A stretch of DNA of 64,000 bases. Source: Octopus vulgaris (Eukaryota). Positions 57,759 through 64,000 of the stretch are shown in pieces. Location: positions 175,584,001 through 175,648,000 of the forward strand of contig OX597817.1 of NCBI GenBank assembly GCA_951406725.2, written 5' to 3'. The notes under the pieces were generated by a model, which searched no databases, was not told the origin of the DNA, and saw nothing but the letters and a program-made list of their open reading frames with translations. Within the stretch, counting starts at the first letter, position 1; every line of letters begins with the position of its first letter. The position numbers and the translations under genes are program-made.

Positions 57759-57826
<68 letters not shown>

Positions 57827-58199
57827 CATATATATATATATACTTGATATATATACATATATATGTGTGTGTGTATATATGTATGTATATGTATATATGC
57901 ATGTATGTAGGTATATATGTATGTATATGTATATATTCATATATGTATGTATATTTGTATACATACAAATATACATACATATATACACACATCTGTATAT
58001 GTATGTGAGTATGTATGTATATTATACATGGATGGATGGATTCTTATTAGAAAGAGATATTATTAAAACCTATTTTGATAAAATGTAAAAACTGATACAC
58101 AGGTTAAAATTTATTCATGAATAAAATAATTTTATAAAATAAGTGGAAATTTCATTATCATTCTTAGAATATTATTGGAAATCCAATATTACAAATCCA

Positions 58200-58200
58200 T

Positions 58201-58281
<81 letters not shown>

Positions 58282-58345
58282 CAGTAGTAGTAGCAGTAGT
58301 AGTAGCAGTAGTAGTAGTAGTTATGGTGGTGGTGTTAGTAGTAGT
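58200..58345. repeat. (TAG)n microsatellite
   Basis: Direct reading. Confidence 0.95.
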
Positions 58346-58529
58346 GGGTTGATGGAGTCGTGGTAGTGGTGGTGGCTGTGGTTGTGTAGGTGACAATGGC
58401 GATTTGCTTTTGTCTTTTTTCTCTCATATTGAATGATTCTGTCGTTTTTATTTAAACCTTGGTCAACCCTGTTTCAGTTGAAGACCTTCCAGTTTGTGTG
58501 TTCGTGAGTGTGTGTGTGTGTGTGTATGC

Positions 58530-58560
<31 letters not shown>

Positions 58561-59337
58561 CGTATCTAGTAATACATTATCTAATACGTCTTTATCGTAT
58601 GATGTAGCTCATCTTTCTAGGATGTTGTATGGATGCCATGCGTGCCCATCATTAGCTAGACTAATAATTAACTTTTTTAAAAAAATTTGCTTTTAAATAA
58701 TCGAAACATGTTAGATGACGTTGGTACAGTTAAAAGGGTAGTAGAAACAATAGATTAAAGCACCTCGATTGAAAGAAATGGAACCGAAAGTGCTACACCG
58801 CAGTGTTTGGTTTTGGCCCTTCGTGACAACGTTGTATGCGTGTTTTAAAACAAAATAATCTCGCTTTAAATTTATCAACAGTTAAAATTCTACAATTTTT
58901 AAAATCTAGAACGTTTACATTTAAAATGCTTACAATTTACGCCTACATTAATTAAATTATGTGAACTTAATTTTACTCTATCTCATTCCTTTGATTTTTA
59001 TAGAATAGAACACGTTGCGATTTATAATAACCATAACATGGTTATTAAAAACCATTTTACTTAATAGTACAATTTTTCAAAGAGAACTTCATAGGCTGTA
59101 TAGCTTATTATGCTTTCTTGAAAATTATGCAAGCTACGAATTGTCTATATACCTGTTCTCTCGTTAAAGCGAAATGAAATTCTTGTAGAGGTTGCAAAGC
59201 TGTTTGACGGATTACTACTACTTTATTGTGCAAAATGCGATAGATAAATCTCCCACAAGTTTAAGGTCCGTTGGTGTGGCGGAAGTAAATTTAGGCTGAT
59301 GGTAATGGCGCTTTCATAAACTGTTTTTTCTCTAGTT

Positions 59338-61434
59338 ACCATTGTGATTTGGATCACTACTCAAACGTACAATGAGTAATGATCCATTGTGATTTGGATC
59401 ATTACTCAAACGTACAATGAGTAATGATCCATTGTGATTTGGATCATTACTCAAACGCACAATGAGTAATGATCCATTGTGATTTGGATCATTACTCAAA
59501 CGCACAATGAGTAATGATCCATTGTGATTTGGATCATTACCCAAACGTACAATGAGTAATGATCCATTGTGATTTGGATCATTACCCAAACGCACAATGA
59601 GTAATGATCCATTGTGATTTGGATCATTACTCAAACGCACAATGAGTAATGATCCATTGTGATTTGGATCATTACCCAAACGTACAATGAGTAATGATCC
59701 ATTGTGATTTGGATCATTACTCAAACGCACAATGAGTAATGATCCATTGTGATTTGGATCATTACTCAAACGCACAATGAGTAATGATCCATTGTGATTT
59801 GGATCATTACTCAAACGTACAATGAGTAATGATCCATTGTGATTTGGATCATTACTCAAACGTACAATGAGTAATGATCCATTGTGATTTGGATCATTAC
59901 TCAAACGCACAATGAGTAATGATCCATTGTGATTTGGATCATTACTCAAACGCACAATGAGTAATGATCCATTGTGATTTGGATCATTACCCAAACGCAC
60001 AATGAGTAATGATCCATTGTGATTTGGATCATTACCCAAACGTACAATGAGTAATGATCCATTGTGATTTGGATCATTACCCAAACGTACAATGAGTAAT
60101 GATCCATTGTGATTTGGATCATTACTCAAACGTACAATGGGTAATGATCCATTGTGATTTGGATCATTACCCAAACGCACAATGGGTAATGATCCATTGT
60201 GATTTGGATCATTACCCAAACGCACAATGGGTAATGATCCATTGTGATTTGGATCATTACCCAAACGCACAATGAGTAATGATCCATTGTGATTTGGATC
60301 ATTACCCAAACGCACAATGAGTAATGATCCATTGTGATTTGGATCATTACTCAAACGCACAATGAGTAATGATCCATTGTGATTTGGATCATTACCCAAA
60401 CGCACAATGAGTAATGATCCATTGTGATTTGGATCATTACCCAAACGCACAATGAGTAATGATCCATTGTGATTTGGATCATTACCCAAACGCACAATGA
60501 GTAATGATCCATTGTGATTTGGATCATTACCCAAACGCACAATGAGTAATGATCCATTGTGATTTGGATCATTACCCAAACGCACAATGAGTAATGATCC
60601 ATTGTGATTTGGATCATTACCCAAACGCACAATGAGTAATGATCCATTGTGATTTGGATCATTACCCAAACGCACAATGAGTAATGATCCATTGTGATTT
60701 GGATCATTACCCAAACGCACAATGAGTAATGATCCATTGTGATTTGGATCATTACCCAAACGCACAATGAGTAATGATCCATTGTGATTTGGATCATTAC
60801 CCAAACGCACAATGAGTAATGATCCAATGGGATTTGGATCATTACCCAAACGCACAATGAGTAATGATCCATTGTGATTTGGATCATTACCCAAACGCAC
60901 AATGAGTAATGATCCATTGTGATTTGGATCATTACTCAAACGCACAATGAGTAATGATCCATTGTGATTTGGATCATTACCCAAACGCACAATGAGTAAT
61001 GTTCCATTGTGATTTGGATCATTACTCAAACGCACAATGAGTAATGATCCATTGTGATTTGGATCATTACCCAAACGCACAATGAGTAATGATCCATTGT
61101 GATTTGGATCATTACTCAAACGCACAATGAGTAATGATCCATTGTGATTTGGATCATTACTCAAACGCACAATGAGTAATGATCCATTGTGATTTGGATC
61201 ATTACCCAAACGCACAATGAGTAATGTTCCATTGTGATTTGGATCATTACTCAAACGCACAATGAGTAATGATCCATTGTGATTTGGATCATTACCCAAA
61301 CGCACAATGAGTAATGATCCATTGTGATTTGGATCATTACTCAAACGCACAATGAGTAATGATCCATTGTGATTTGGATCATTACCCAAACGCACAATGA
61401 GTAATGTTCCATTGTGATTTGGATCGTTACTCAT
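59338..61434. repeat. 45-bp minisatellite, ~46 copies, with internal palindromes
   Basis: Unit CCATTGTGATTTGGATCATTAC(T/C)CAAACG(C/T)ACAATGAGTAATGAT with very low divergence. Confidence 0.97.
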
Positions 61435-64000
61435 CGTACGTTTGTGTTGAAACGTTCGTCATGAATGGTGGAGCCTGAAGGTATTTTTGTCGTACCTTGT
61501 ATAAAATACTTTTCAAAAAGAACAATTCGCCGAATATTGGGGACTTTGATAGCCATAATAAATATTCTTTCGTATGAAAAAGTTAGTTATGAACACATGA
61601 ACACAGATGAAGAAGTTAACTCCTGGACAGAAGACAAGCGACTTAATTGAATTTATAATGCTAAACAAGAAATTCGTTTAACAGCAGACACTGGAAATGT
61701 AGATGCGAGTTGGATTTAGCGTGTGCTAGAATTGGATGGCCGTAATAAGCTAGAGGTTAGTCTTGGATCTAATTCCCAGAAACCCAATATCGCTCCTAAA
61801 CCCAACTCAGTTTTGAGACTGGTATCAATAATCTAAAATGTGAAAATGTAATAGCTCATGAATTTATCATTAAGGAGTTAAATATTTTGTATCCGGAGTA
61901 AGACTATGGCTGTTCAAAAAATTTAACAATCACCTCCTTTACACATAAAATATATAAAATATGGAGTAAAGCCAAGATAATTTTCTCGCTTTAAATTTAT
62001 CATCAACACATAACAAGGATTTCCCACTGTATATTTAAATTTAAGATGTTTACAATTTACTTCTAAATTAATAATTAGGTCGTTAATTAAATGATGTCAA
62101 GTTAATTTTACTCTATCTCGTTCCTTTTATTTTTATCGATTAGAATTATTACTGGATTCAATAAAATGAGAACCACTCAAGTTCTGAAACAGATTTAATC
62201 AACCGGTCATCCTTCCTACTCAAATTTCATGACTATGAATCGCTCTACTTAATCCAAAGCGGAGTGTAACCACCATATAGCCCTTACCTTAGCTGAACAC
62301 ACTCTGCTTTTTCTTTGCACTCATGCCAGGTCTCCGGTCTGAAGATTTCCTCCTTTCCTTTCCCCCAGTTACGAAATTCTTGGAAAATGCTATGGGTCCT
62401 GCCTTTCCTACTCTGAGGAAGTCTAGTCACATAAAAAGAAATCACGCTTTTGAAACCATAGTAGAAACCGTCTTAAACTGACGCTTTCCGACTGATTTAT
62501 CTCCTTTGTCATTCTAACAAACTTCTAACAGAATCTTACTCGATATTGAGGAGCCCCTTATCAAAAGACGTGATGGATTCTTTCTTGGTATACCAACAAG
62601 GAACGAATGCAAAGTTAAATATTTTAGGATGCATAACAAATTCTGAACACTTTCAAAATCCCTAATATTTTCTGTTATTAGACCATACTCTGAAGTTCAA
62701 GTAACAAATAATCTAAGGGTTGCAGTAAAATATTCTTCAAAAACTAAATACTTCCCTAAAACTGAAGAATTTGACCTTAAACATTAACATTGTTGGCTCT
62801 ATACTACTCGACTGAAGAATATGCATGCCTATTTTAGGTTAGATTTTCAAACAAGATTTTTGGCAACGGTTCTCAACGAGACACCGATATATGACTGGTT
62901 GTTTCAAGGCTACTAATATAAATAATCTTTGTGTTAGAAGGCATTACTCTATCTGAGAGATGTTGCCAGCAGAGCAGAAAAACAAATCCAGATGTCTGAT
63001 GAAAGATATGTATTATATGGATATTTGCAAACACAAGAATACATTAAAATCACAAAAGAGTTTCATCATGTCTACCACCTTTTTTGCAATTTCCATAGTT
63101 TAGTTTTTTGGCTATATCCACACGATGAAATGTTTTACTTCATAAAATGTTTAATAAATAAATCAGTAGTAATATCATGCAGCTGATTTCTAAAAAGAAT
63201 GATATAGTGCTCTACTGGATTACCACCGACTAAAAATTCTAAGCGTTTCGTAATAAGTAAACGAAATTAAATACTTGGATTCTTTTCATCTTTTTCCTTA
63301 TAATGCATTAATTTCAATTTCAAAATTCTAATCACGCCAAATATCAATAAGAAATTATCATTCCTCTTATAATAACTACGTTTACAAAAGGATAGCACGG
63401 AATAATATATATTCTACCGTTATAAAAAATGCAAGTAACAGAAAATATATCAAAGGTTTCGAAATTCACATTGTGGAGTGATTGCTTTAGGCCCTCTGCC
63501 ATTAATACACGTTATCTCTTGGTTGACATTGCTCCAATACGTGGATAGATTGACAAGCAAAGCCAAAAAACATAAGAAGTTTAATGAAAAGCACCAGTAT
63601 TTATTATTGTTGCTTAGTCCCAGGTCAGCTCTGATTATCAAAAGAGCAACTCTATTGTCAAAAGCGTTCCAGCCGTAAACATGCCGTATTTTTTCCCTTT
63701 ATGCAAAGAACCCAGAACTACACTAAAGCATCGATAGTTATTGTCATTTTTGTTTACCACCGAGTTAGTCCCGATCAAGCAGACGAGAAACCATATTGGC
63801 TGGCAAAAAAGTCTTCCATCCATGAACAGCCTGTATTTTTGAATATGCAAAGAACACAGGACTACATTATCTGGCGTGAAATTTGAGAGATTTGGCTGCT
63901 ATTTCCAGATCGATCGTGTGTATGTATTTATTCGTTAATGTTGATTCATTGTTTATGACAAGAATGGAAAAAATATAAACACTAACTATAAATAAATAAA

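Noticed and set aside
59332-61434. 700-aa ORF of 15-aa repeats (SNDPNHNGSLLIVRL)
   Set aside because: A 45-bp unit with one stop-free frame produces this automatically. There is no unique N- or C-terminus, and the unit's constraint appears to be DNA palindromy.
59338-61434. CRISPR-like appearance (palindromic repeats)
   Set aside because: No unique spacers, no cas genes, and a eukaryotic context

Overview
AT-rich eukaryotic DNA packed with repeats. The SINE families and very dense (TA)n/(TACA)n/(GATA)n microsatellites suggest an octopus or other coleoid cephalopod (inference). I cannot support any intact host gene, and nearly all ORFs in the track are microsatellite translations. The window holds two near-full-length mariner elements, a long-TIR mariner MITE, a hAT MITE, Tc1-like remnants, two 5'-truncated Penelope-like elements (PLEs; GIY-YIG end plus inverted pLTR), a Tx1/L1-like LINE 3' end, RTE and CR1/Jockey-like remnants, many SINEs and a 2.1-kb 45-bp minisatellite. 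The strongest hidden signal, found by eye on both strands, is about 13 type-I hammerhead ribozyme (HHR) motifs from about 7 unrelated sequence families. Five carry a compensatory U3-A8 core. Most sit in asymmetric fold-back cassettes inserted in (TA)n tracts, which suggests a shared PLE-type, (TA)n-targeting, twin-primed insertion system. Other notable points: the SINE 3' tail resembles the adjacent Tx1-like LINE 3' end, and the minisatellite unit has an interleaved double-palindrome (P-Q-P'-Q') design. Coordinates were counted manually and may be off by a few nt.
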